Positions 12,631 to 25,490 of a stretch of 64,000 bases of DNA are shown here, in pieces. The notes under the pieces were generated by a model. It made no database searches. It had not been told where the DNA came from and saw nothing but the letters and a program-made list of their open reading frames with translations. The first letter of the stretch is position 1. Every line of letters begins with the position of its first letter. Source of the DNA: Takakia lepidozioides (lineage: Eukaryota > Plantae > Bryophyta); assembly GCA_030704615.1 (NCBI GenBank), contig CM060731.1, forward strand, positions 81,220,001-81,284,000, in the 5' to 3' direction. The position numbers and the translations under genes are program-made.

Positions 12631-15416
12631 CGGCCAACTCCCCCACTCCACTTGTTCTTTTTCCTAAAGCATGCTTTCTATTTTCCCTGTGTTCAGATTG
12701 TGGGGGTTGGGTGCAATGTGTTGGGGATGTACTTCTTTATGATGTTTGTTTTGGTTTGGTGTAGTCGGGGGACAATCTGCACAACAAGTCACATGTTGGA
12801 TCTGATGGGCATTGCAACTGTGGATGGTGATTCACATGTCTTCCCCACTAATGGGACCCCTCTGTTCATGCTTGGGATTTGGCAAGTTCGTAAACCCCCA
12901 CTTTTTTGACTGTGTGCTTGCAGGTCACATGTGCTGCATGGGACAGAGCCATTCAGTTGGCTACAGGTTCAATTCCTCCGCACATGACAGTATGTGGCCC
13001 TATTTATGATGGCTTTGACTTACTCATAGAGTGGGCTCGTGTGTTGGTTACTCTATTTTTGGCTTGTTTAAAAACCCTCACTGTGACAGGGATGAGGCTT
13101 CTATCATTGCTCAATTTTCCACTTGTGATGGTGGAGGAGAATGTTCATGAATCACAAGAAGGTCTATGGCACCTCGGAACCCATGAATTCAGAATCATGG
13201 AGATTCCAGATTCATATAGCCAAAGTTGATCTTTTGCTTTGTGATTTCTCTCTGTTTCTCATGTTTGTGAGATTCGGTGCTTCATCCCTCTGCATGTACC
13301 ACCCCGCTTTGTCATGATTGCGAGTTGGAATTGTAGAGATGACCTTTCTTTGAAAACATACATACTTTGTATGGGGGGCTTGAGGTGAGCAATCCAGAGA
13401 CCATTATGTGTTACAGACACTAATTACCAGTCCACATTATGGGTGTGTACTTTGCATGGATTTGCAACCCCCCACTATTTGGTCCTTCCGAAAATAAAAC
13501 TCTTTCTTGCTAGAGCTGGAAGCTCATGGGCGCTATGCCTTCAACCATCCAGATGTGCTGTTATTTGTTCTGAATGTGGACATCACCACATGTGCACTTG
13601 TAATTTTACCGCCCATTACCAAGTTGTTGCACCACACATGAAACAAAAGTATTATAGATTCATAAGCAGTATGGTTGAAAGGTCTGAGAAGTAGATAACA
13701 AGAGGCAAGCTGAACGTCGTACAGGGGACACTCAGTTTTTGACAGGAGAGGCCAGTTAAGTACCTAAACTTGAGGCAAAACCCAAAAGGATAATGTATGC
13801 AGGCTGAAATGTTGATAGTCTCTGCATTGCTACTGCTTCACCCCCAAACCATCATGGCCACAAGTACCAACGCTGAAAACTGAAGCAGAAACGTCATGCA
13901 TGAGACGATTGCGGGAAGCTACAGTGCATGAATCTACATTGTGGTGTATGTCAATGACACTGTGTATATCCTCGCTCACCTCGATCCATGATCACCATGA
14001 CATCGTGCTCATCTGAGAGGGCATGGAAGGCCAGTCAATGTGTACCATAGGGAGTAATCGTGGAGCAACGGGTACTTCTTGCCAACATATCGGAGCCTCT
14101 TATTGCTATTTCCAAGGCACCAAAAGTAGGCCATAGGCTCCTTCTTGTGGATGCCACTCTGACCCAACCAGTGGAGCACGACGATGATAGCTTTTTCTGC
14201 GCAGGCATTCTGTCCTGGTACACGTTCTTGGGCTGCCTTCTGATTTTTGACTTGAAGATCGAATGCGTGATTCCAAGCGCAACGGTGCTCCATGATTTCA
14301 TCCAGAATTGGCTGGTTTCGCAGACGCTTCTGCTCGACTTCGCGGTAGTGAGAGGCCTGTTTCCACACCTGCGATTGAGGAGGCATTCCTGCACACTTTG
14401 AAATGCTTTGCCGAGATAGAGAGTCCACTGGAGTGCAAAGCAAGCAGATGAAGGAAGCAGACGACATTCGGTAATGTGCGGGAACCACCTTGTCTGCCAA
14501 AGTGGACAATGGACAAGTCGCACGTAGGGAAATCATGCCTGTGCCTTTTCCAGCACATCGGTGGTGACTTGGCATTAGGGGCTGGTCTCACGGTGCATTT
14601 TCCACGCCGTATGGTCCATTCCACACTTCGTAATTAACATGCAGGAATTATGGTGTTGGTGAGATATGTAACTAGTTTTATTTTATTTTATTTTATTTTT
14701 TATAAATAAATGAAACAGGGAGGCCGTGGCATGGGACTTTATATGGGGAAAAAAATAAAACCCCCATGAACGCCATGAGAGTCACACACTGTAGTGCGAC
14801 CATCTCTTTGTATTTCCGAGGCCAGATTTCGAAGTTCGTGATTTATTTCGTTTGCAGCGGAGTACTAACTAAACCCATACACCACAATCAGTGGAAATAA
14901 TTGTATGTTCCCATTTCACACAGGTGTGTAACATGCCATGTAAACTAAGCCAACCCCTGCCATGCTCATGGCTGTTTTCACACCGTTCTTGCGTGGGGTG
15001 TGGACCACATGTGAGACACCCCACAGTTAGGGCATATTTAGACCCACACCTTGGCTCAGTGTACAGACCCGTGATAAAAGCCGTGGAATGTGCCAGGTGT
15101 GAGATGGCAGAGCCGTGGAAAAAGCCGGTTTCTCTTCTAGTGATTGTTCTCTTATGGTAAGGCTGGGTTGATGACCAGCAGACCATAGGAGTGCTTGCGG
15201 TGGATGCAGGTGCAAGTGCAGGTTTATGTTATGAACCTAGTAAATCTAAGCCATATGCTGCAACAGGTTCTCTACCCGGTTACCTTGTGGAAAGGGGGAT
15301 TAGAGACAGGTTTACAACAGGTGTGGTTGTGAGTTTTCATCACGGAGGTGCCACCAGTTGCTGAGGAGAGTACCGGTATGAGCACCAACGATACTAGTGG
15401 GTATACAAGATGAGGT

Positions 15417-17453
15417 GTGCGGTTTAGGCCACCTTCACCTTCAATGTCTTCTGAGGAAGGTTCAGATTCTAGAGGCACAAGGGCAGCGGCGACACCAGCA
15501 GCTACACCAACATCCCCAACTGCAAGCACTAGTAGTGGGACAAGTAAAGATGGAGCTGGGAAATCCACTCAAGCTCCTGCTGCAGCACCAGCACCTGTGC
15601 CTGCCTTTAACCTAGTTCTGGAGTTCTTCGAGGAGTTGAGGAGAAACTACCAGGGGATAAGGACAGAGAAATTGCGGAGCTTGCAAGAATTCCAGCGCAA
15701 GCCTACTGAGAGTTTGAGGGAGGCTTACACGCGCATGAGGCGATTGATAAATGTAACCCAAGGAGTTACGGAAGCTCAAGCAGTCCAATTTTGGTATGGG
15801 ATATTGGACAAAGAGCTGAGGAGAAGGGTGTGGGATGCAACTCTCCTACAAGTGAACCAACCCACCTTAGCGAACGTGTTTTTGCTGGCAGAGCGGATAG
15901 AGCTCAATATGGTGGAGGAGCGAGTGGTCATGGTGGGGTCTGGCAAGGAGACACAACGAAGCGGGGCTCCTAGCCAACAACAATCACTACCCCAACGTGC
16001 TCAAGGCAACAAGGGGGCTTAGGCGCAGCCCAGGGAAGGACAGAGAGGATCTCAATTACAGAGGTCACTTCCTTCATTCTTAGGCCAACAACAGTCGGGT
16101 GTGACATGTTGGGATTGTGGATGACCCCATGTTAAGAGAGATTGCCCGGAGAGAGGCAAAGGGTCGGCACAGGCACAGCCTACACAACTACAGTGTGGGC
16201 ATTGTGGCAAGTATGGGCATGAGGAGGCCCATTGTTATGACTTGCATCCTGAGCTACGGCCAAGCCAGTTCCAAGGGAACAATGGTGGCCGAGGACGAGG
16301 CAATGTAGTCCAGAGAAGTAGAGGAGGCAGAGGTCGCGGTGGAGGTCGTAACCAAAACCAGGGAGCACAAAGTCAAGGTCAAGGTCATGACCAAGGCATG
16401 GTGGATAGGCTTGCCCAGCTAGAGCAACGTCTTGCTACCATGGCCACTATGCATGTTGCGCCAGCTCCAAGGCCTGAGCTTCAAGCCCCACCTGCACAAC
16501 CTTCTATGCCTAGGGAAGACCAGATTGGTATGGGCTTCATGTGTGGAGCCGCACTTGCAGGACCATTGCATGTGGACTCTGCAGCTGCTGTCACTCAAGC
16601 AACAACGCGTGCTCCTGAGCCAAGAGAAGCAGATGTGGATTTTGATCCACAAAGGGGGGAAGCAAGTCAACAGACAAGGCTTCCACAGTCTTTCACATTG
16701 GCTGAGACAGTGCCAGTGGGTGGTGCTGCAAAGCAAGGTGCAGCCAGTACATTGTTGGGGGCGGCTACGGCTGTTTGCCAAGCTCCATTGTTTTCTGCAA
16801 TGACCATTGCAATGCCAAGGATTTGGCCAGCTGCTGTATTCAGACTAGCAACTAGACTATGTGAGAGTGGTGATGCATCGACACTATCTGTGGGGATAGC
16901 GGATAATGTGCAGTGCATGGATGCCCTGGACTCAAAGGTGAAGATAGCCATAGCTGCACCATGACAAGCGGCAGCTGCAAGGTTACATGAGTTGCCAGCT
17001 AGACTAGCCATTGAGCGTAGTATGCTGACTTCTGGGGTAGTCCTGGTGGACAATCAGGATGGTGTGTTTCAGTTGGGTGGCCCAGCCGGGAGGAGGTATA
17101 GGCCACTGCGGGTCTTGTTGGACTTGGGAGCACAGCCATTGATGTTGGGAAGAGCAGCAATTGCAGGCTTGGGCCTCACAGAGGCGGATTTGGAGCCTTG
17201 CCCTTTCCAAATTCAAACATCTTTGGGTGGTTCAAAGAAGGCGCGAGGGATTACACGCCATGAGCTCTTCATTCGATTGCAGCCGGATCATCCTATGGAC
17301 GGCTCAGTCATGAGAGCTAAAGCCATCGTTACGGACGCGATGTCCTATGATGTGCTTGTTGGTGGGGCTGTGTTGTACCCCATGGGCTTTACTTTGGACT
17401 TTTGGGAGGAAACGACATTCTACAGGCCGGAATGGCAGTCAGGGGATGGTTGA
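15417..17453 (+). pseudogene. gag: gag and aspartic protease
   Basis: FQRKPTESLREAYTRM; knuckles CWDCG*PHVKRDC and CGHCGKYGHEEAHC; protease LLDLGAQPLM (DSGA in copy 2) and YDVLVGG. Several in-frame stops. Confidence 0.85.
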
Positions 17454-17832
17454 CGTGCACTGCTCCCAGTGCGGTTTATTGGGAATGTAGCGGTGGATCA
17501 TAGGAACATGATGCCCACCTTGGCTGCATTCTCAAGGGTGGTGGCTTGGGGTGGTGAGCTCTCGGAGGGCAATAGCCATGCAGATGATAGGCCACCATCT
17601 GATGAGGACAAGCAATTGGCATACAAGGCTGAGTTGCTTCCTCATGTTCCTATGCATAGCTCACTGTGGAATGCAGTTGGGGATTTGAAACGAGTAGCAA
17701 GCCAGTGTGTGTAGCAAGCATGACAAGGAGGCCTTTCCACCGGTAGGTGAGATGAGTTCAGTTACATCACCTGGACCTCCTCAATTAGCTCCATTGGACA
17801 CAGTGCCTATTATCTGGCAACAACCTGACTCA

Positions 17833-18800
17833 GGCATTTGTTTGCTAGACCTGTTTGGAGGCATGAGCACTGGGCTTGCAAGGAGTGTTGCAAGCAAGAA
17901 TCAAAGTACGCAAGTACTTGTATGTGGAGAATGATGAGATTGCTTGGCGTGTTTCCATGCGCCATGTTGTCTTGCTCACACATCAGTATCCTGAGTTGTT
18001 GCCTCTCTCAGCAATTCAAGGGTATCAAAAGGCCTTGCCAGCAGACATTACCTTGCTGGGGGCGGATGATTTGGACCGGCATGGTGCCATTGACTTGGTG
18101 ATAGCTGGATGGCCTTGCCAAGGACACTCTCCCGCAGGTCATGGGAAAGGCTTGCATGATGCACGATCGCATTTGTTTTGGGAGATGTTGTGAGTGTTGC
18201 GTGACTTGCAGGTGAGGCAAGTGCAACCTCCAGCTTACATCTTGGAGAATGTTCCTCTCATGGGGGATTCTTGGGCCAAGGTTATGGCCAGTGTGCATCA
18301 GATCCGGTCATGGATTGAACCAGCTGTATTGTTGGATACAACTGTAGTGGGTTCACGGGCACATAGGCCTAGGTTGTGGTGGACCAATCTTGCACCACCA
18401 GAGTTGATCAAGAGAGCCTATGATTCCATTCAACGGCCACCCAACCTCACGGTTGAGGGCATTTTGGACCAAGGGAGGCAACCACAGAGAGTGCAACATG
18501 ATGATCGTCCACCTTTGGCGGTGGTCAATCGAGTGGGGCAGCCACGTACAGCTTTGCTTACGCTCATGAGCTTTCCCTCGTCTCATGCTTTTCGAGACAA
18601 TGGTCCTGGGTTGATTTGGGACAGTGTGCTATAACAATTGGTGGAGCCCAATGCGGATGAGCGAGAGCGGGCAATAGGATTTGCCACGGGCACTACAGCT
18701 GTGCCAGTTCTGTCAGAGGTATCACGACGCCAGATGTTGGGTCAGGCAATGGATCTCAATTGCTTGACATGGGTCATTGGCTTGTGTATGGCTGAGCAAC
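17833..18800 (+). pseudogene. C5 cytosine DNA methyltransferase domain, DNMT3-like
   Basis: Motif I LLDLFGG, II YLYVE, III ADI, IV DLVIAGWPCQGHS (PCQ 18113-18121), V LF, VI ILENV (18245-18253), VIII AHRPRLWWTNL, IX ERERAIGF, X RRQMLGQAMD. One frameshift near 17880 and stops at 18191 and 18632. Confidence 0.93.
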
Positions 18801-19249
18801 GGAGATTGCAAGCATTAGTGGCTCCTTCCGCTCTCCCATTGGATATTGCACCCTCTCTGCCAACCGGGGCGGTGGAGGCAGTGAGTGGGGGCGAGCACAG
18901 GATCATGGGGTACAAACACCCATGGCAGATGTGGGATGAGATGCGCAAAGAGAGAGTCATTGGATCTCTCAAGCAACAGTATGAGGAGTGGGGAGAGCCA
19001 TACACTGAGGATCAGTTGGAGGACAAGGTGGCTAAGGTTTTTGAAGAGGTTGAGAATGTTTCTTGTTCAGAGGATGTTCTCAAGGTGGCTATGGCGGAGC
19101 AAGTGGAGGCTACGCCACAGTCAAAGTGGGCGGACAAGGCCCAAGAGGTTGCTATCTAGCAACCAAAGGATTCGTCTCCTACCTCCAAGCCTGGTGTACC
19201 CAAGGTTGCAGTCACTGAGGACAATTGGGAACCAGATGTTGGACCTACA

Positions 19250-22060
19250 GTCACCGGAGGAGAGAGACGGAGGATCCAGCGATTTCTAAAGACTTATAGA
19301 AATTGCTTTGCCTTCGGTTTGAAGGATTTGGGGAGTTTGAATGGTCAGGAGATTCGTATTGATTTGGCAAGTGACACGCCAATCTTTCAAAGGCCCTACC
19401 GGTATAGTGACATGGAGAGGTCATTGATCCAGTCACGGACTATGGAGTTGTTCGAAGCTGGATTGGTGGAGTTGTCAGGCGGGGAGTATGCCTCGGCAAT
19501 GGTGATACCAGCTAAGAAGGATATCTATGGCAATTGGACAGAAAGAAGGATATGTGGGGACTATCGTCCTGTGAACCGTCAGACTAAGTCCGATAGATAT
19601 GCCATGCCAACTCCAGAGGAGATCTTTGATGCCATTGGGCATACAAAGGTGTTTAGCACATTGGACTTGCGATCCGGTTACCACCAGTTGCCAATCAAAG
19701 AGGCTGACAAGCAAAAGACGGCATTCTGGGGGATTGACCAACATGGGAAGGATTGCTTGTACCAATGGCAATTCCTACCGTTTGGGTTGAAGAATGCTCC
19801 TGCAGAGTTTCAGAGGGTCATGGATAGGATTCTTGCGGGGTTGAGCGCTTGAGAGCGCACGGGTTGAAACTGCACCCCGGAAAGTGCAAGTTCTTCCACA
19901 ATCAGATTGAGTATCTAGGCCACATGATATACCCTGGAGGATTGGGTGTTCAACAGACAAAGGTGGAGGCCATTGCATGCATTCCACGCCCCATGGATGT
20001 GAGCAGAGTTCGTGCTTTCATGGGATTGGCAAACTACTATCGACGGTTTGTCAAGGGATTTAGCAGCATTGCAAAGGCTCTTACCAAGTTGACCAAGGTG
20101 GGTCAGGAGTGGCAGTGGGAGGAGGAGCAGGAGGAAGCCTTTGAGGAACTCAAGGCTCGATTGACTTCTACACCTATTCTGAGGTAGCCTATTCGGAGGC
20201 GGCCTTTCCAGCTACATACGGATTGGAGTATGCTGGGGATTAGAGCAGTGCTCACACAGGTGGATGATGAGGGAAGAGAGTTCATAGTGGCATATGCTAG
20301 CCGTTCGAACAATGATGCCGAGGCAAAGTATAGTTCCTATGAAGGGGAGTGTCTGGCTGCAGTATGGGCAGTGGCACATTTTAGATGCTACCTCTATGGC
20401 AATCTCTTCACTCTTGTCACGGATCACCAACCATTGAAGTGGTTGATGGAGTCAGACAAGCTTACATGGAAGCTTGCACGGTGGGCACTTTTGCTTCAAA
20501 AGTACGACTTCCAGGTGGTGCATCGAGCCGGAATAGTCAACCGGGATGCGGATGGATTGAGTCGCAATCCATGCACAAGTGAGCTTGATGATACAGGAGC
20601 TCGTTGGCATGATGAGACGGACGAGGAGATGGTGCCAGGATGGCACGCATCTGCCTTTTTATACATTCTAGCAATAGGAGCTCAAGCTGGTCCATCCCAT
20701 GTGATTGGTCATAGAGATAGTGTGCATGACGATCCAGAGATCAGTGAGGAGCTTGGTGGTGCTAAGGATGTACATGAAGATGCAGTAGTGTTGGCCTACC
20801 TTCGTACTGGAAAGACAGCAGCCAGTGTGACTACTAAGGAGAGAGATCGGATCCTACAACGAGCCAAGAGGTTCAAGTGGGAGGGGACTCACCTACTCCG
20901 AGTATGGGAGGATGGACGAGTGAGGATTGTGCCTCATCCAACACAACGAGCGCGATTGGTACGCCATGCCCATGAGGAGTTGGGACATTTTGGGGTGCGG
21001 CGCACTCATAGTTTGCTGCAATGACAGTATTGGTGGCGGGGCATGTACACGGATGTGCAACAGTTAGTGGCAAGGTGCATGGTGTATGATAGAGTGCGGG
21101 CTTCTTTCAATGCACCTACTCCACAATTGTATCCTTTACCCATTATGGGTTTGGGGTATAGTTGGAGTCTTGACTTCGCAGGCCCATTGCCACTGACGAT
21201 TCGCCATAACAAGTATGTGTTGGTGATGGTGGAACATTTCTCCAAATGGATTGAACTGGTGGCATTGCCTAACAAAGCAAGTGAGGGGGCTGCGTATGCA
21301 TTCTTAGATCGAGTGCTTAGCCAATTTGGTGCTCCAGCCAAGGTACTCACGGACCAGGGGAGAGAGTTCTTGGGGGAGTTTCAGGCTTTGTGTGAGCAAA
21401 CCTTGATAGATCACCGCACTACTTCTCGGGATCATCCCGAGGCCGATGGCTTGGCCGAGAGGGTTGCGCAAACAGTCAAGCGAGGCTTGGGCAAGTATGG
21501 CTTGCAGAAGGGACACTTGGGAGATTGGGACCTTCAGCTACCTTGGTTGGCCATGGGCTACAGGTTTAGCAAGCAAGCATCACTTGCCTCGTTCTTGCCT
21601 TATTTCCTTCTCTTTGGCCGAGAGCCAGATTTGCCTGCATCTATTCGCAAGGAGACTACAGTAGTCCTCAACCTTGATGATCCGGATGTGTGGACATAAG
21701 CATGTGCCCAACGGGCAGAGTTGTTCAAGAGAGTCATGCCTATGGCTTTTGAGAACCTTGCTATTGCCCAACACCAAGACACATTGAGGTACGCCACTAT
21801 ACGTGGAGGGGGATATCGGCCAGGTGTTCGGCATTTCCATCCTGGGGACTATGTGTATCTGTAGCAGACAGCGCCTACGACCTTGGATGTCATAGCAGGT
21901 CGTGTGATTCTAAGGGTCCGGGAGGTGTTGCCTTCAGGAGTGTTGATTCTGGAGGGTCGAGATGGCATGGTATGGAAGTACCATGTGCGCAATTGTGCGC
22001 CATGTCACCTTCCACATGTGGATGGGATGATAGATCACAACCTTGCAGTGGTATCTACAG
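19250..22060 (+). pseudogene. pol: pol: RT (YIDD segment deleted), RNase H, integrase
   Basis: [23 protein letters not shown]; HTDWS, YSSYEGECLA, TDHQPL; HEELGHFG, SLDFAGP, TDQGREF, GLAER. Confidence 0.93.
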
Positions 22061-22068
22061 GGTTGCGT

Positions 22069-22217
<149 letters not shown>

Positions 22218-22468
22218 TGGGGCATGACAGTGGTGAGGTTGACAAGTGATCCGAGGTCTAGCTAACGGGAGTTCAATGTCATGGACACCCAATTGAAGCC
22301 ATGGATTGCAGGAAGGCGAGTAACGCTACTTTTGCACCCGGCCTCTTGGTCTATTGCCTTCAGATACTGGGACTTGGGCGATTGATGACCACGCGATGAT
22401 CTTATTGGGATGGATACTTGTCAGCTATCCGGTGTTAGAGGGACCTAATCACCAGCTAGGGAGGCGAT

Positions 22469-23006
22469 TGTGGTATAGCTTTCTAGGATTGTGTGCTTAG
22501 ATTGTCTGGTGGACAGCGATGTATGTTGTGGCACGATGCTTAGGTGCACGACAGCTGTCATGGTTTTAATCATGGTTATCTAGAATTACCTACTTCTAGT
22601 TAACTATGACATTTTAGATATTTATATTTATATTTTGTGTGTTGGGACTTCATTTGGTCTCACATGCCAAGTGAGGTGTCGAGCCTCACTTGGGACATGG
22701 GGATACGTTTTCCCCTTGTGAGGATGGAGGAGGCTCATCTTCTTGTAGTTGAGCCTCCATGAGCCTCTCTCACCTCCATAGCTCTAGGTATTGAGAGGAA
22801 GTGTGGTGAGGGCTTTGTAGGGTGGATTCCCTTAGCAAGGGTGCCCTTGGCTTGACTTAGTTTATGTGATTGAGTGGATTCATGAGTGGAGGTTTTCCAT
22901 TATGTTCACTTCCATTATCATTGTGGTATAGCTTTCTAGGATTGTGTGCTTAGATTGTGTGGTGGTCAACAATGTATGTTGTGGCACGATGCTTAGGTGC
23001 ACGACA
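22469..23006 (+). repeat. 3' terminal repeat region, A-B-A layout
   Basis: 85-bp direct repeats at 22469-22553 and 22922-23006, preceded by purine-rich AGGGAGGCGA. Junction CACGACA-GC-TGTCATG at 22547-22562. Confidence 0.85.
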
Positions 23007-23340
23007 GATAATTTTGCATGGCAAAACTTTGTACCAACCAACCTAAGAAGAAATCACAGGTAGTTGAAAGGATGAATATGTCACATTTTTAAAGTCCCCA
23101 CCCATGTATATTTTTGCCGAGCGAAACTCTGTCCCCTAACAACAATGTGTAAAACAATTGATTTCGTCTTGCATGTGTTTGCTAACATGGGTGATGGGAT
23201 TTTGTATAGAAAGTTTCGACTCATGCTATACCACTAAGGGTTTCTAAATTCGAAACCCACCACTACTTAGGTTTGTGTCCATCAAATAATTCTCAATGCG
23301 AAACTCGCCGCTGTCGCTATAGGTTTAGGATTTTTGGCTA

Positions 23341-23435
23341 CACTACAACATATCGCGGTAATTATGACTGGCACATATGACTACCCCGTGGGTCGTAGTC
23401 ATAAACGGTACATATGACTATCATGACTGTAAGTC
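23341..23435 (+). mobile_element. Putative CACTA left terminus with subterminal repeats
   Basis: CACTACAACA at 23341 followed by repeated ATGACT/AGTCAT motifs, which continue after the MITE to ~24240. No matching right end with a TSD was found. Confidence 0.5.
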
Positions 23436-23443
23436 GTGCAAAC

Positions 23444-24146
23444 CAGTGTTGGACCGGTATCATAAACATTTCATACCAGCCAGGGTCTGGTATTGCCGGT
23501 GAAAATGCCTCCTTCATACCTGGCAGTAATGGTATCAAAAACTTTTAATATATCAGTCTGGTATGTATATTGTTTTTGTTTGGCCTGGTATGGTATGGTA
23601 TCAGTATTGCAAATTTCAAATCTTGTATTGGGGGTATATCAATACGGGTATCAATACAGCTCCATGGCAGAAATTCTGACAGGTACAATTTGGACAGATT
23701 TTTCTTTTTTTTTCTTAAAAAAAAAAAAAAAACTGAATGATGTATTGCCGAAGTTCACCACTTCAACCGCTGAGTGCCTTCATTTATAATAACAAGGAAC
23801 CGGATCTCACCTGAGGTAACTTGAGGTAATCTTACAAGAGCCATACAAGTTGATATCGGCTGATAACTCTCCATTGCTGCACCCCAAATTCCTAATGCTC
23901 CACATATTGATATCTAGGGTGCAAGCAACGGTAGAGACAGAGTACTGGTATCGACAAAGTTGCGTTCTTTGCTCTAACCAGGCTGGTTTGGTAGGAGCCC
24001 AGGTATTAGTGTTTTACTATATTGCCCCTAATATGTTCTACCCGGGGTATTGCCAGTTTCTTATACCCGCCTAGTCTGGTACCCTGCTGCGATACCCTTA
24101 CCCGTGCTGATACCCCGCCTTGCCCCCATATACCGGTCCAACACTG
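23444..24146. mobile_element. Non-autonomous hAT-type element (MITE), 703 bp
   Basis: Perfect 17-bp TIRs CAGTGTTGGACCGGTAT/ATACCGGTCCAACACTG; 8-bp TSD GTGCAAAC at 23436-23443 and 24147-24154; GGTAT/ATACC subterminal motifs. Confidence 0.93.
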
Positions 24147-24376
24147 GTGCAAACCGCGTGAATAGAATGACTACAGAATGGTTCGGTCAGGATAATTATA
24201 GTAAGGTGAACCAAGTGATATCTCTCACTACAGTCATATATATCATACTGCACTCATATATTTAGCTTTTGCTCATAACTCTGCCGCGCCACGTGGCGAG
24301 GCACAACAACTTATAATTTTTTTTAAATAAAATATATAATATGCTAGATGCCGCCTCGCACCACGTTGCGCCACGT

Positions 24377-24818
24377 GTCAAAGAATTCAAGGGAAAGCAT
24401 GGCGCCTATGATAGAGAGAAGAGCTTATTTATTAGTGGACCACTCATCATATGCGCCATGCTTTCTCCTGAATTCTTTGACCCCGTAAGTACTGCGGAGT
24501 TTGTTCATAATGTCTCTTGATATTTTTTTCAGCACGGTGGTCTCCGGATCCCCACCGACTGATATTCGAACCTATACAAGCACACAGAGGAGAAAACGAC
24601 CTTCAGATATCCAGCGAGAATATTTCAACGCAACAATGGGAATAACAACAAAAGCACAACCAACTTCACACCAGATTACATGCCAATATGACAAGAACAG
24701 ATGCAGATTGTTGTACATCATAGTGATAGACGTCTTTTTGGTTAGTCAACATGGTTTTGAAGTACTTGCACTCCAACTTCACCGGCCTCCATTTATCTCC
24801 ATAGCCCGTTCTTGATAT
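24377..24818 (-). pseudogene. AGO: Argonaute N-domain gene fragment (two exons) ending in a fold-back
   Basis: Exon 24818-24717 ISRTGYGDKWRPVKLECKYFKTMLTNQKDVYHYD; phase-0 GT..AG intron 24716-24572; exon 24571-24446 VRISVGGDPETTVLKKISRDIMNKLRSTYGVKEFRRKHGAYD. The continuation KEFKGKHGAYDREKSLFISGPL lies on the + strand at 24380-24445. Confidence 0.82.
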
Positions 24819-24889
24819 CTTCAAAAAACAAAACCACCAACTTAGCCCAACAACACCCACCACTTATAAGTTCAGGGCCTGTGCCGATT

Positions 24890-25490
24890 GATGTGAATAT
24901 TTTTTCTTGATACTCATCTTATGCGACTTTGCATATGTAATCTGAACATATTTAAGCACATGTGGACCAAAGATGAGCTTGAACCAAGTTCATTCAATGG
25001 GTCATTCAAGTGATGAACGCAATTACGTGTCGTGGAGGTAGAAAACTGTGTTTCGTCTGCACATGATTTAAAACCATATTTTCTTCCCTCATTTGCACTC
25101 CAAGGTTGAGTTCTTTTCAACTTCATGCACTCTTCTTAGAGAGTTCTGCAAAAGCGAGCGAAAATAATAATAATAATACTTTGTTTTTGTCCAATCTTTT
25201 ACATGGATATAGTGATGCGAGGGTAGAATTCACAAGAACAAAATAGAGCAAAAAATAAAATCATGAAGTAGCCAAAAATCTGCAATCCTAGATATTCTAG
25301 ATCCAAACATTTATTTAAAATTTATTTAAATTCAATGTAATTCAGAATTGGCCCGTCGCTTTCGTAGAGCGATCCTCTGGGAGTCGCTTTGTCAGATCCG
25401 ACCTTTGGGAGTCTTGAAAGCGTCAGCCTGGGCGTCGCTTTCAAGTCGTAATATATATTTTAGGAAGAGGGAACCGATCAGTCGCTTCGC
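24890..25490 (+). repeat. Diverged ~600-700-bp direct repeat, second copy at ~47185-47885, leading into GTCGCTTT/AAAGCGAC motif arrays (to ~25840)
   Basis: Shared blocks such as CGACTTTGCATATGT, TAAGCACATGTGGACCAA, GTCATTCAAGTGATGAACGCA and AATTCAGAATTGGCCCGTCGCTTTC. Confidence 0.8.

Larger units (their letters stand above)
10749..15142 (+). mobile_element. CACTA/EnSpm DNA transposon, 3' part
   Basis: Transposase C-terminal half plus right terminus GCCGGTTTCTCTTCTAGTG (reverse complement CACTAGAAGAGAAACCGGC) ending at 15142. Confidence 0.85.

Noticed and set aside
12355-14624. Short ORFs inside the CACTA element as a TnpA-like second gene
   Set aside because: No recognisable motif or consistent exon chain could be supported by eye.
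17833-18800. Bacterial restriction-modification methyltransferase or contamination
   Set aside because: The domain is embedded colinearly in gag-pol in two diverged copies, has DNMT3-type motifs, and no endonuclease is adjacent.
22469-23006. Independent TRIM with 85-bp LTRs
   Set aside because: No PBS after the first repeat, no PPT before the second, and no TSD; the purine tract precedes the first repeat, as expected for the host element's 3' end.
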